Below, in pieces: positions 28,242 through 39,104 of a DNA stretch of 64,000 nucleotides. The position numbers and the translations under genes are program-made. Numbering within the stretch: position 1 is the first letter of the stretch; each line of letters begins with the position of its first letter. Under the pieces are notes generated by a model, which was not told the origin of the DNA, did no database searches, and worked only from the letters and a program-made list of their open reading frames with translations. The DNA is from a virus (Duplodnaviria; Caudoviricetes). Where the stretch lies: positions 64,001 through 128,000 of IMG/VR virus record IMGVR_UViG_3300037781_000042; one strand, written 5' to 3'.

Positions 28242-29648
28242 TTAAATAAAATTATTATAAACATATTTATTTAGTCTATAATTGATTTGTCCATAGCTCA
28301 TCCCTGATATTTTAGCCATTTTAGCAATTTTTCCATCTGCTTTGTCAGAAAGCTCTCTTAAATTACTAGCCATTTCAGAATGATTATTTAACTTCGTACT
28401 CAGTTTGATATTCCAATTAAGTTGACTGTTTGAAAGTCTTCCATTTGTAGAATCCTTTTTTGAAGAAGGTCTTCCTTTTTTACCACCTACCTTTAACTTT
28501 CTAGCTCTATATAGTATTTGATCTCTAGTAAGTCCTGATATTTGAGCAGCTTTTTTATAAGTTCCTGCTATTTTTAAAATATCTTTTAGATTTTCTTTTA
28601 CTATTTCTTTTGAATTATTTTTTAAATCTAATTTTTCTTTCCATGTAGGTTCCTTTTTGCCATAACGTTCTGCTATGCTTTTCTTTGGAGTAAAATCTTC
28701 ATCTTCAAAATCTAAAGTAGGTTCGTATTGTTTAATTTTATAAAGATCAATATCATGCAGTTTTTCTTTTAGTCTTTCTGCTAAAATAAAATGTTCATCC
28801 ATTAGATCATCAGAACTTAAAGAATTTAAATCAAACCATTTCAATTCAACTATATCATCACTAGGTCTCGGGGTTCCCCACATATATTCTACAGCATATA
28901 AAGTAGTTAAAGGCTTTACAGCTTCACCACTGTATCTCCAATCATCTACTAATCTAGAAGTAACATATTTTATATCTTGACTTACTTCAATATCGTTTCC
29001 TGCTTCTTCCTTTAATTCTCTTATTGCTGCTCTTTCTAAACTTTCATCTGTAGTATCTACGAAACCTCCAATAAATCTATATTTAGTTTCTCCGTCCTTT
29101 CTAGCAAGTAATACTTTTTCTTCTTGTCTTTTAATTACTGCTATATCTACAGTTGGAATAGGATTAAAATATCTATCATTTACTGAATAGTTAATACCAA
29201 TTCTAAATGCTTCTTCAGCAAGTAAACTATTTTTATGTTCTTCTCTAATTTCTGTTCCGGATACAAATACATCTGTTTCAAGTTCTAAAGTTTCATGAAC
29301 TCCGTGATACCTACTTATAAATGAATCTCTTGATCCATAAAGAACTATTGACCTTCCAGGAAAGATTTCTGAAATTCTTTTATCCAATTCAATAGACCAT
29401 TCTTTATCACTTCTTTTATCTCCTATAGAATGAATAGAAAGTCCTACTTCTGGAAAAGTAGATTGCATCATATTTCTTCTAGTGTTGTAGTCATAAGGAT
29501 TTTTAGGAAGTCCTCTCGTATGTCCTACCCCTAAAAATATTGCAATTTGTTTATGATTATCTAATACTGTTTGAATAGTATTTTTATGTCCTTCATGTAA
29601 ATAAGGAACCTGAAATCTTCCAACAATTATTCCAACATCTGCGCTCAT
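28242..29648 (-). CDS. nadM: Bifunctional NMN adenylyltransferase/Nudix hydrolase (NadM-Nudix) with C-terminal tandem Fis-like HTH extension
   Basis: VGRFQVPYLHEGH (HxGH); Nudix box GGFVDTTDESLERAAIRELKEEAG; extra ~165 aa with two HTH-like segments. Confidence 0.9.
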   Translation of the reverse strand: MSADVGIIVGRFQVPYLHEGHKNTIQTVLDNHKQIAIFLGVGHTRGLPKNPYDYNTRRNMMQSTFPEVGLSIHSIGDKRSDKEWSIELDKRISEIFPGRSIVLYGSRDSFISRYHGVHETLELETDVFVSGTEIREEHKNSLLAEEAFRIGINYSVNDRYFNPIPTVDIAVIKRQEEKVLLARKDGETKYRFIGGFVDTTDESLERAAIRELKEEAGNDIEVSQDIKYVTSRLVDDWRYSGEAVKPLTTLYAVEYMWGTPRPSDDIVELKWFDLNSLSSDDLMDEHFILAERLKEKLHDIDLYKIKQYEPTLDFEDEDFTPKKSIAERYGKKEPTWKEKLDLKNNSKEIVKENLKDILKIAGTYKKAAQISGLTRDQILYRARKLKVGGKKGRPSSKKDSTNGRLSNSQLNWNIKLSTKLNNHSEMASNLRELSDKADGKIAKMAKISGMSYGQINYRLNKYVYNNFI

Positions 29649-29665
29649 TTTTTATTCTCCTCTTT

Positions 29666-30739
29666 TTATAAAATTGTGTTATAGTTCATAAAATTAGGAA
29701 CTATTCTTTTTAAATGAATTGTTATCTCTGCGTTTCTTAAAATAAGAATATCGCCTTTTCGTTCTATGATATGTTTTTTATCAAATCTTCCATCGCGATT
29801 GGATATATCTTCTTCACATTCTATTAGAGAAGATACCCAAATAGAATCATCCTCTGTTATAAAATCTGGAATGCTTTTTTGTTTTAGTTTATATTCTATT
29901 TCTTTATCATTGATTAAAACTTTTGCCAACTCAAAATTGATTAAAGAATTTCTATATCTAATATTTAGAATCTTTAACATTTCATGTATATTTTCTTCTT
30001 TATGAATTAAATAATCTTCTACAATAGTTTGTAAAATATCAAAATTCATTTCAATTAACGGAGAAACTTGAATAATTTTTTGAATCATTGATTCTGGAAC
30101 ATTTAAATCTTCACAATAATCTCTAATAACATCAGTTGAAAGTTCTTCATAAGTAAAATGATAATAAATTCTTCCTGGTCTATTTAAGTAAAATTCATTT
30201 ATTTTATGAAGTTTGTTTTCAGAAAGAAGAATTAATCTTTTAAAACTATTTACACCATCAAATAATGAAAGTAGTTTACTCTGTCCACCTTCTTCATCAT
30301 AATATAAATCAGGATAATTTTTTGCAAATTCATCGAATACTAGAACACATTCTTTTAACGAATTTAGAAAATTTAAAAATTGTTCATCTGTATAGTTTGA
30401 ATTTATAAGAACTATAGGGAGTTCTTTTTCTTCTATAAAAGTGTTTGCTAATTTCTTAATTAACAAAGTTTTACCAGAACCTTTAAGTCCTGTCAAAAGA
30501 ACACCTAAAGAAGTATCTTTTGATTCATAAGTTTTCATAATTCTAGAAATTCTTTTATCTACATCTCCGTATATTTTTTCAGGAAGCTCAAATTTAGGTT
30601 TATTTATTTTTAAAAAATATCCTAAAGAAAGACTATGTTCTACCGAATAAACTCCAGGTGAAATTTTTTCTTTAATCGAATTATCTGCAAAGTTAATAAC
30701 AGATATTTTATCGTTATCGTGGATGTATCTAGTTTTCAT
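29666..30739 (-). CDS. AAA+ ATPase
   Basis: Walker A GLKGSGKT, Walker B LVFDEFAK, NRPGRIYYH. Confidence 0.85.
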   Translation of the reverse strand: MKTRYIHDNDKISVINFADNSIKEKISPGVYSVEHSLSLGYFLKINKPKFELPEKIYGDVDKRISRIMKTYESKDTSLGVLLTGLKGSGKTLLIKKLANTFIEEKELPIVLINSNYTDEQFLNFLNSLKECVLVFDEFAKNYPDLYYDEEGGQSKLLSLFDGVNSFKRLILLSENKLHKINEFYLNRPGRIYYHFTYEELSTDVIRDYCEDLNVPESMIQKIIQVSPLIEMNFDILQTIVEDYLIHKEENIHEMLKILNIRYRNSLINFELAKVLINDKEIEYKLKQKSIPDFITEDDSIWVSSLIECEEDISNRDGRFDKKHIIERKGDILILRNAEITIHLKRIVPNFMNYNTIL

Positions 30740-31307
30740 CGGTTACTTCTTTTTCTCCCCATTGTATAAAAATATCCTTTGTATCATTACCATTTGTGTT
30801 TTTATAAGTATTTAGAACGCGATAATAGATTTCATTTTCATCTAAATATTCTTTCACTATTTGAAATTGAGATTGATTATATTTTTGAGTAGAAACTTCT
30901 ACTCCTTCTATAACAGTAGAAATTGCTCCTTCTTCAGCAGCTTTAGACATAAAGTGATATATGTCCAATTCTATACGATCTTTACGTATAGGTTCATTTC
31001 TAGCTACTTTTTCTTGTAATTTTTGTTTTAGTTCAGTACTCATTTTTACTCCTTTGTTTATTCTATCATCTTGAAAAACTTTATATTTATTTTCCCAATA
31101 TATTTGATTTCCTTGGTCGTCAAATTCGTTTTTTGCCCAAAGTCCCATAGAATTTATCATATAAATTTGATTGCCATTTTTATCATATTCTCTCTTTGTC
31201 CAGAAACCTGAACTATTTTCATGGTATATTAGATTTCCATTTTTATCGTATAATTCTATAGGATATTTTATTTTTCTAAATAAATTTCTTACTTCCATTT
31301 TAAACAC
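30729..31307 (-). CDS. YD-like repeat protein (YDKNGNxIY x3) apparently fused to a second ORF
   Basis: Three repeats in the N-half; internal AAAGGAG-ATG (MSTEL) start. Confidence 0.6.
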   Translation of the reverse strand: MFKMEVRNLFRKIKYPIELYDKNGNLIYHENSSGFWTKREYDKNGNQIYMINSMGLWAKNEFDDQGNQIYWENKYKVFQDDRINKGVKMSTELKQKLQEKVARNEPIRKDRIELDIYHFMSKAAEEGAISTVIEGVEVSTQKYNQSQFQIVKEYLDENEIYYRVLNTYKNTNGNDTKDIFIQWGEKEVTDEN

Positions 31308-32421
31308 CTTCTATTAAATAGGGTTTACGCATATAATTATCTTTTGAATCGGGATCTTCTTCTAAAATAAATATCAAAGTATCTTTTTCTAATTTACGTT
31401 CTAGTACATATTTATCTTCCCGTCTTTCAATAATGTTTTCTGAATCTAAAGAAAATCCTCTGTTTAACTCTTCTCCGAATAAAATCTTTTCTATTTTTTC
31501 ATCTTCAAATTCTAAATATCCTTTACGAAGCTTCGTGTTCCATCCATTTCCAATGAAATCTTCAAAAAGTCTTTTTTGTTTAAATTTAACTTCTTTATCA
31601 TTTAAATATAATTTAGATACTTTGAATTTAGTATATCCTCTATCTATAAATTCAACATTTAAATGTTTAAATGAATTATAAAACTTTGGTTCTCTGTGAA
31701 TTTTGTAATCATCTACCAATGCTTGTAGAATATCAAAATTAAAGTCTACTATACTACTAGACATAGAAGCTAATTCATTAGCAAGATTTTCAGGAACTCC
31801 ATGATCTATACAATATTCTTTAACTGTATCTACATCTAAATTAGAATATTTATAGTGATAAAGAATTCTGCCCGGTCTATTTTTAAAATACCTACAAACA
31901 TCATAAGCATTATTTTCTGTTAAAATTATTAATCTTTTATAGTCACTATTTACTCCATCAAATAATGAAAGCAAACTTGCTTGATTTTCATGTCTTCCAT
32001 ATACTTTGGCAAATTCATCAAATACTAAAACACATTCTCCTAATGAATTTATGACATTAAAAAAACTATCTCCAGAAAAGGCTTGAGTTATTAAAATAAC
32101 AGGAAGATTTTTTTCTTCTAAAAAAACATTTGAAATTTTCTTAGCTAAAAGAGATTTACCAGTTCCTTTTAATCCTGTTAATAATATGCCCAAAGAAGAA
32201 TCTCTAGATTCATAAGATTTACATATTCTATTTTCTCTGTCCTGTATTGGACCATAGAATTTTTCAGGAAGTTTAAATTTTTGATTTACTATTTTTAAAC
32301 AAAACCCTGCTTGAGTTTCTATTATAGTATAAATAAGCGGTTTTAATTTTTTAGACGCGTTTGTAGGGTCTATTTTAGAAATATTTACTATGTCATTATC
32401 ATAAATATATGTGATGTCCAA
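31300..32421 (-). CDS. AAA+ ATPase (paralogue of 29666..30739)
   Basis: GLKGTGKS, LVFDEFAK, NRPGRILYH. Confidence 0.85.
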   Translation of the reverse strand: MDITYIYDNDIVNISKIDPTNASKKLKPLIYTIIETQAGFCLKIVNQKFKLPEKFYGPIQDRENRICKSYESRDSSLGILLTGLKGTGKSLLAKKISNVFLEEKNLPVILITQAFSGDSFFNVINSLGECVLVFDEFAKVYGRHENQASLLSLFDGVNSDYKRLIILTENNAYDVCRYFKNRPGRILYHYKYSNLDVDTVKEYCIDHGVPENLANELASMSSSIVDFNFDILQALVDDYKIHREPKFYNSFKHLNVEFIDRGYTKFKVSKLYLNDKEVKFKQKRLFEDFIGNGWNTKLRKGYLEFEDEKIEKILFGEELNRGFSLDSENIIERREDKYVLERKLEKDTLIFILEEDPDSKDNYMRKPYLIEGV

Positions 32422-32422
32422 T

Positions 32423-32821
32423 TTATGCTCCTTGTGATATTAAATATGTGATATAAAAAATAATATTTAGTACTAATGCTACATTGACAGAAATTTTAAT
32501 TCTTTTTCCTGCATTTTCTTCTGGAATAAATTTCTTTACATGAGGTGTAATTTTATCTGTAGACATTATATAAAATGAAGATATTGCTAAAAAACATACT
32601 CTCCAAATATAAAAATAATCTAATGGCAATTCAGATAAACTATAAAAACTATTTAAAATAATAACTGAACAAATCATAGCACTTGTAATTATAATTGATT
32701 TTTTATATTTCTTATCTACCAGTAAAGTTCCAGCATAACCGCCAAAAATATAAGTTAAAGCGCTGCCCGTTCCTAATATAAAAATTATAAATGTTGATAT
32801 TAGTATTGATATGAAATCCAT
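32423..32821 (-). CDS. Multi-TM membrane protein
   Basis: Four hydrophobic stretches in 132 aa. Confidence 0.65.
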   Translation of the reverse strand: MDFISILISTFIIFILGTGSALTYIFGGYAGTLLVDKKYKKSIIITSAMICSVIILNSFYSLSELPLDYFYIWRVCFLAISSFYIMSTDKITPHVKKFIPEENAGKRIKISVNVALVLNIIFYITYLISQGA

Positions 32822-32834
32822 TTTTCTCTCTAAA

Positions 32835-32882
32835 GTTAATTGAATATAGTGTAATATAAGAAAAAATTTTTAAATAAAAAAA
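32835..32882 (-). promoter_or_regulatory. Class-1 promoter repeat, copy 4
   Basis: TTTTTTTATTTAAAAATTTTTTCTTATATTACACTATATTCAATTAAC. Confidence 0.75.
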
Positions 32883-34037
32883 TTATTTTACACTTTTAAG
32901 TTTTTGAACAGTAAAATTATAGTCTCTAAAAAGTTCTGAAAGTCTTAGCATTGCATTCATAGCAATATTTTGATCTTCTATTTTAGTAGCTCTTTTTAAA
33001 TCTTCTGTAATAGGAGGATATGTAGAAGATCCTTTTTTCCACCATCCTATTTTCTTGTCATCTTTTAAAATCTTAATACAAAACTGTTTTTTCACGTCCA
33101 GTCTTCTCCTAGTCCTCTTTCTTCTAATCGTTTTCTTGTAGGTAAATAAGAAGTTGTATATGATCCGTTCCAGTCTATTCCATTTGTATAACTATCAAAC
33201 ATTTCGGTTTCTCTTTCAGGATCACATTCTTCAAAGTATTCTTCTCTTGAAGAAATTTCTAAATATTTTCCAGTTTCTAATTTTTCCATATTTATAGGAC
33301 GGGTAAATGTTATCCAAATTGATTTATAGGTTGTCGAATCTCCAATAGTAAAATCTAAACCTGCTGTAAGTCCTTTATAAATTGCTTGAACGCTTAATTG
33401 GGAAAGATAACTATCTCTATCTTGCCAATTTGAATGATGTACTACAGCATCTTCGCATATAGAAATTAGTTCTTCTCTCGTGTATTTTTTATTACTCATT
33501 TTCTAATCCTATTAAATAATCATTTCCTAATTCATTTTTTAAAGTTTCTTGTATTTTTAAATATTCTTGTTTTGTATCTTCCAGCATTCGTTTTTTATTT
33601 TCAATTATTTCTTTTAAAATATTCTTAAATTTTTCTTTATTTGTTTGAAAATAAAGTTTGCTTTTTCTTTCTTCTATTTTATTTAGAATTACAGTTTTTC
33701 TCCACTCTCTTTTTATTTCATTAAAAGTTTCTTCTGAAATTTCTATATCTTTTAATGGAGTAGCAAGTACATAAGAATAAATAGAATCTTTAAATGTATG
33801 ATAAAGATCTTGATTTAATATTTCATCATCTACTAATTTTTTAAGATCTCTTTTAGAAAGTTCAAAACTTTTTAGATCAATAAAAATAGAATATTTTTTT
33901 AAATAAAAAATTACACCATCTGAAAGCAAATGATAAATTCTATGTTTAGGTACAATCTTTTCATTTTCTTTGCTTATTATGTATGATACAATGTGATCTA
34001 TCTTTTTATAAAGATTCTCGAAGTCTTTCTTTTCCAT
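32883..34037 (-). other. Hypothetical ORFs 32883..33095, 33092..33499, 33492..34037
   Basis: ORF track; overlapping start/stop codons. Confidence 0.7.
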
Positions 34038-34062
34038 ATTTATTCCTCATTTGGATTATCTT

Positions 34063-35019
34063 CTAACATAGTTCTTCTCCGGTAGCATCAAGCGAATCGT
34101 TTGGCGCAAGTTGAGTATGTAAGGCTTTTATAGTATTTTCTAAAATATGCCATTTAATATAAATATTATGTGGAACAATATCTAATACTTCTCTTGTTAT
34201 GTCATCCCTAAAAGTATCATTAACTTTTTTAGGAAGTAAAATACTTATAGAAGGTCTTACTAAGATAGTATGAGAAGTATAATAAACATCAACTACACCA
34301 TATTTTTTTAATTCTATTTGTAGTTGTTTATTCAGGTCTTCTTCTAATTTACTATTTTTATCTTCTATGACATCTTTCTTTTCTTCAATAGAAGACTTTC
34401 TTTTTTCATATTCTTCTTTAGAAATTTCTTTTCCTTTATAAGTATACGTTACTTGTAAATCATCCTTTGTGTTTTTATTGTTCAACGCTCCCATTTGATT
34501 GTGTTCTTTTTCTGCTCTTTTAAAAGCTTCATACATTTCTTCAAAACTATATGAACAATCTTTTTTAAAAATACTAAAAGATCCAACACTTCCAATTTTA
34601 GGCATTTCTTTTGAACTTAGTCCCGTTTTCAAAAAATCTACTCCAGAAAAAGATACTTCTGATGAATCGTTTGATGGATGATTATAAACAAAAGAAGAAT
34701 CTATTTGATGAACATCTACTCCCATAGATACTACCGTTTCCCAAACTGTTAAAGAATAGTAAGGAGTTTTTATATTGAACTCTAATTTAGGTTTATCTTC
34801 TAATGCAGTTAAAATCTTATTTGCTGTATCTAAACTTATTTTTAAAGCTCCATTCGTTCGATGATTAAAGGGTTTAACCAATCCTCCGTCAATATTTTCT
34901 GGAAAATTTTTAGATGAATTAATCCATATAAGTATACCTGTTTCAGTATCATATTTTAATTGTATTTTAATGTTTCCATATTTTATAGAAACTAAGCTAT
35001 CTTTAATATCATTTCTCAT
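34063..35019 (-). CDS. Paralogue family B protein
   Basis: IKIQLKYDTETGILIW; YSLTVWET..MG; SFEEMYEAFKRAEK. Confidence 0.65.
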   Translation of the reverse strand: MRNDIKDSLVSIKYGNIKIQLKYDTETGILIWINSSKNFPENIDGGLVKPFNHRTNGALKISLDTANKILTALEDKPKLEFNIKTPYYSLTVWETVVSMGVDVHQIDSSFVYNHPSNDSSEVSFSGVDFLKTGLSSKEMPKIGSVGSFSIFKKDCSYSFEEMYEAFKRAEKEHNQMGALNNKNTKDDLQVTYTYKGKEISKEEYEKRKSSIEEKKDVIEDKNSKLEEDLNKQLQIELKKYGVVDVYYTSHTILVRPSISILLPKKVNDTFRDDITREVLDIVPHNIYIKWHILENTIKALHTQLAPNDSLDATGEELC

Positions 35020-35031
35020 TTAATTTTCTCC

Positions 35032-35568
35032 TTATTTGTATACGTAAATATTCTTTTCTTCCTGTATACTTTTTAATGTAATAACATTTGTTTTAGTTCG
35101 GTTATTATATGCATTTTCCCAACATTTATATTTTTGTAAAATTTGAATTAATTCTGATACTCCATATTCAAACAAATGAGGAAATTTATCCAAGTATGCA
35201 TTTATAAAATTTTTAATTTCTTCTGGAACATCTGGATCATCTATATCTTCTTCTGTTATTTCAGAAGATTCAAGAACTTTAAATAAAAGTATAGTTGTTT
35301 TATGATCGTCTATTTTAAATTGTCTTTTAAAATAATCTTCTTTTAATGCTTCATGGATTTCTTCTTCCTTTGGTCCTAAAGGATAAGCTTTCCATTCAAA
35401 TGAATTAATAAAAATTTTTTCTTCTTTAATTAATGAAGTAGCTAAAACATAAACCTGAAAAAACAATTGTATAATTTTTAATCTACTATAATCATTATCT
35501 TCTTTTATAAATCCTTTTAAATATAGTTTTAAAACAAAGTACCTAAATATTTTAAATTTAATTTTCAT
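35032..35568 (-). CDS. Panacea (SocA/DUF4065)-like antitoxin domain protein
   Basis: SRLKIIQLFF...F..KAYPLGPKEEEIH...ELIQILQKYKCWENAY...ITLKSI matches the Panacea pattern. Confidence 0.6.
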   Translation of the reverse strand: MKIKFKIFRYFVLKLYLKGFIKEDNDYSRLKIIQLFFQVYVLATSLIKEEKIFINSFEWKAYPLGPKEEEIHEALKEDYFKRQFKIDDHKTTILLFKVLESSEITEEDIDDPDVPEEIKNFINAYLDKFPHLFEYGVSELIQILQKYKCWENAYNNRTKTNVITLKSIQEEKNIYVYK

Positions 35569-36136
35569 TTGACATAAATCTATTTACCATAATCCAAAAA
35601 ATAAGAATATAAGACATGTCTCCTTTAGAATACAAAGGAATATTTTCTTGTATCTGAGAATATATTTCATTACATTCTTCTTCATAATTTTCTTCTAATT
35701 CATTTCTTAAAGAATAAAAAGTATGATTGTAATTATAAGGAGTAGGGTAGTGATCAAATTTATTTTTAAAATTATATTGTTTGTACTGATCTTCTAAAAA
35801 GGAAACCAACATTTTAATTTTTTCTTCTATAGAGACAGACGAATCTAAAAGAAGTAAATAATTTTCAGGAAATCTAGAAGAAATTATATTTTCAATTTCT
35901 TCTTCAACTTTAAAATGAATTAAAGTATATTTTTCCATTGGCATTTTTATTGCTTCTTTTACTTTAAAAACATCTTTTAAATAAGTAGCAAACTTTTCCA
36001 AAACAACCTCTTTTAATTTTGAATCCATTCTATTTATAAATTCTCTTTTCTCTTTTTCAGATGTATCGTACATATCTCTCCATAAATCTGTTTCTCGAAC
36101 ATCTGATTTCATACAAACAAATTCTGTTTGTTTCAT
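35558..36136 (-). CDS. Paralogue family A protein
   Basis: IENIISSRFPENYLLLLD motif. Confidence 0.6.
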   Translation of the reverse strand: MKQTEFVCMKSDVRETDLWRDMYDTSEKEKREFINRMDSKLKEVVLEKFATYLKDVFKVKEAIKMPMEKYTLIHFKVEEEIENIISSRFPENYLLLLDSSVSIEEKIKMLVSFLEDQYKQYNFKNKFDHYPTPYNYNHTFYSLRNELEENYEEECNEIYSQIQENIPLYSKGDMSYILIFWIMVNRFMSNEN

Positions 36137-36137
36137 T

Positions 36138-36937
36138 TTAGTACCTTAAATATTTTATACTTTTTAATTCTAGTAGAAGATTATTTTTATGAGATTTTAA
36201 TTTATCTTCTTCTTCCTCATATTGTTTATATCTTTTATTTGCATAAGTATGTGTATGTTTTCTTTCTTCTTTAGAACCTAACAAATATGCCATTCCAAAA
36301 ATTGCGAGATCTTCTTGAAGATCTTCAATCTTTTTATCTGTCTCCTTTATTTCTTTTTTAAGAAATCTTCTTTTTAATATTTTTTGAAGTAAATTCATTT
36401 TTTTAATCTCCTACAAATTTCTTCAAATGCATCAAATACATATAAAAGACGAGAAATGATTTTCCTTATATGAGGAACATCATCATAGTCAATAGACTTT
36501 GGTAATTTTTCAATTAAATGTACTATATAATAACCATCATAAGGTTCATCTACATAGCTTTTGATGTCTTCAAAATATTCTTTTTCTTCTTCTGTTAAAT
36601 CAGGATTTTTTAATTTTTCATCTATTTCTTTTATTGTTTCTTCAGGATCAAATTCTTCTGGTTCTTGGCAAGAATTCATTGTTAATTTTTCTAACCAATA
36701 GTCATCACTTACTCTTCCTTCTGGGTTTGGATAAAAAGATTTGCAAAAAATATAATTTCCGTAAGATCCTGTTACAACTAAAACATCATCAAAATTAGTA
36801 AATTTTATGTTTTGAGAAGTAGTATCAGATTTCTTTAAATGATGAATTATTATGTCCTCAGTCTTTTTAATAATTAAGTCATGTTTGCTCCAGTCTAAGT
36901 TTTTTCTTGATTCTGGTTTCATTCCATTTTCTCCCAA
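36138..36937 (-). other. Hypothetical ORFs 36138..36398 and 36395..36937
   Basis: ORF track. Confidence 0.7.
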
Positions 36938-37617
36938 ACAAAAGATCTTTTGATCATTTTTTCTATTATTTTTCTATTTTCTTGTTCTATGTTCCATCCT
37001 ACAGAATGATGAAAACTTTTATCTTTAAGATATTTTTTATTTCTAATATTCATAAATAATATAAAAGTTTTATTTAAGTTTTTATCATCTAATAATGATT
37101 CTATTAAAGTATTAAATTTGTTTTCATCTTCCATTTGATCTAATAATAAATAGATACTAGGAAAATTTTCACTTATTACATTATTTACTATTACTTCCAT
37201 TTCTAAGAAATTTTCTTCTTTTAAAATATCTTCATCTATTTGTAAACATTCCGTAAACTCTATTTCATTTTCTTTATATTGTTGTTCATTTTCTAACTGT
37301 TCTTGCTTTTCTTCAGCTCTGTTCTTTTTAAAATTCCACCATTTAAATTTTAAATAATCTATAAATGTAAATAAAACAGGAACTCTATCTATTTCTGGAT
37401 AGTCCCTAAAATCCCAACTTCTTATTTTTTTCGGATTCTGTTTATAAATTTCTAAAAATTTTTTAAAAGTAAGCTTATAATATTTTTCTTCTAAAATACT
37501 TTCTTTCGAATCTCTAAAGCCTACTATTAACTCTACTGTTCCAAAAATACTAAAAATAATTACAGTAGCTCCTGCTATTAATGATAAAAATAATAATACA
37601 TCTAAGAAAATATCCAT
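36919..37617 (-). CDS. Membrane-anchored paralogue family A protein
   Basis: N-terminal TM, LTFKKFLEIY, VNNVISENFPSIYLLLD. Confidence 0.65.
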   Translation of the reverse strand: MDIFLDVLLFLSLIAGATVIIFSIFGTVELIVGFRDSKESILEEKYYKLTFKKFLEIYKQNPKKIRSWDFRDYPEIDRVPVLFTFIDYLKFKWWNFKKNRAEEKQEQLENEQQYKENEIEFTECLQIDEDILKEENFLEMEVIVNNVISENFPSIYLLLDQMEDENKFNTLIESLLDDKNLNKTFILFMNIRNKKYLKDKSFHHSVGWNIEQENRKIIEKMIKRSFVWEKME

Positions 37618-37619
37618 AT

Positions 37620-39104
37620 TTAATCCCCTAATCTGATTGTTGAATTTATAGGATCTTCACATTTTTTATATCCAAGTTCAAGTAAATCTTCTTGTAATCT
37701 ATAAAAAAGATCGTGTTCGTCCATTCCTTTATTTCTATATTTAATAATCAACTGATTGCTATCTCTTTCGAATCTAGTAGTATCCATATCTTCTTTAGTA
37801 CTTTCAAAAAAGCATTCTAACCAACAGCATCTTGATTTATATTCTAATTTAAAAATATTCATCTTTTACCCAAATACTTTTTTCTATATTCTCTTAATTC
37901 TTTAACTTTAATTTTAGGGTCTTTCATTTTTTCTAAATGCTTTTTCTTTGGTGCTTTAATATACATCTTTTAATTCTAAATTTTTAATTTCTAAACATCT
38001 TCTAAGTTCTGCTAATATTTCAATTATATCTTTTCTGAATTCTTTTTCAAAGTAACCCGAAATTTGAAAATCTATTACTTTACAATTTAAGTTTTTTAAA
38101 GTAAGTATTTTATTTTCTTTTAAAGAATCTATAAATGAATTTACTTCTAATTTTATTTGATCTTTTTGGACTTCAGTATTTTTTAAAATTTTTAAAGTAA
38201 ATTCATCTATAGTTGTAGTAATCATTTAAGTAAACCATAAATTATGTAAATTATAACCATTGCTAGAAGAATATAAAATAAAACTATAAAAAATCTATGA
38301 ACTTTATTTTCTTCTGTTTGTGTAAGATCTTCACTTGATCCTTTAATTAATTTAAAACCGTCTTGTCCAAATCCTAAAAACAATAATATATTTCTAATCA
38401 AATATTGCCTTTTAGTTGTTAATAATCATGTCTTTTACTTCTTTAAATCCGTTATTCCAATATGGAATAAAACGAAGCCAAAGAAGAACTGATATTATAA
38501 GAGATATAATATTTGAAACAAAATTATCTCCTATAAACATTGCTAGTATATTTGATGTAAGTACAAATATTAAAAACAATGACACTGTATAAACTATACC
38601 ATATAGTAAATACATTTTTTGTTTATTCTTCATTTTCTTCTCCTTTAATAGGTAAAAAAGTTAATTTTAAAGCTTTCCAATAAGTAAATGTTTTATAGTC
38701 TTCTTTTAAAGATACTTTGAAATATCCTAAATCAAAACATCCTTCTACTATTTCATCTTTAAATGCCTTAATTGTTTGATTAGATGTTTTAAGTAATTCT
38801 ATTGCTGTTTTATATTGCTTGTATAAATCGTAAAAAATTCCAATAAAAATTAATGATATAGTCGTAAGTCCGATTACGAGAGCTAGAGTTTCTATTTTCA
38901 TTTGCTTTCCATTTCCTCTTTTATTAAATGCAATGCTAATACAAGTCCTTCAGATCTTCCCAAAGATTGAGATTTATCTGTAAAATATGATATTGAATGT
39001 TTTTCATAATTTTCTTCTTTTATCAAATCTCTTTCTTGTCTTTCTTTTTGAATTCTATTAGTTACTTCTTTATAAAGTCTTTCTAATTTTTCTGTTTGGC
39101 TCAT
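37620..39104 (-). other. Block of small hypothetical ORFs (37620..37862, 37956..38225, 38412..38633, 38623..38901, 38898..39104, plus a TTG-start 59-aa ORF in the 38226-38411 gap)
   Basis: ORF track and manual translation. Confidence 0.6.
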
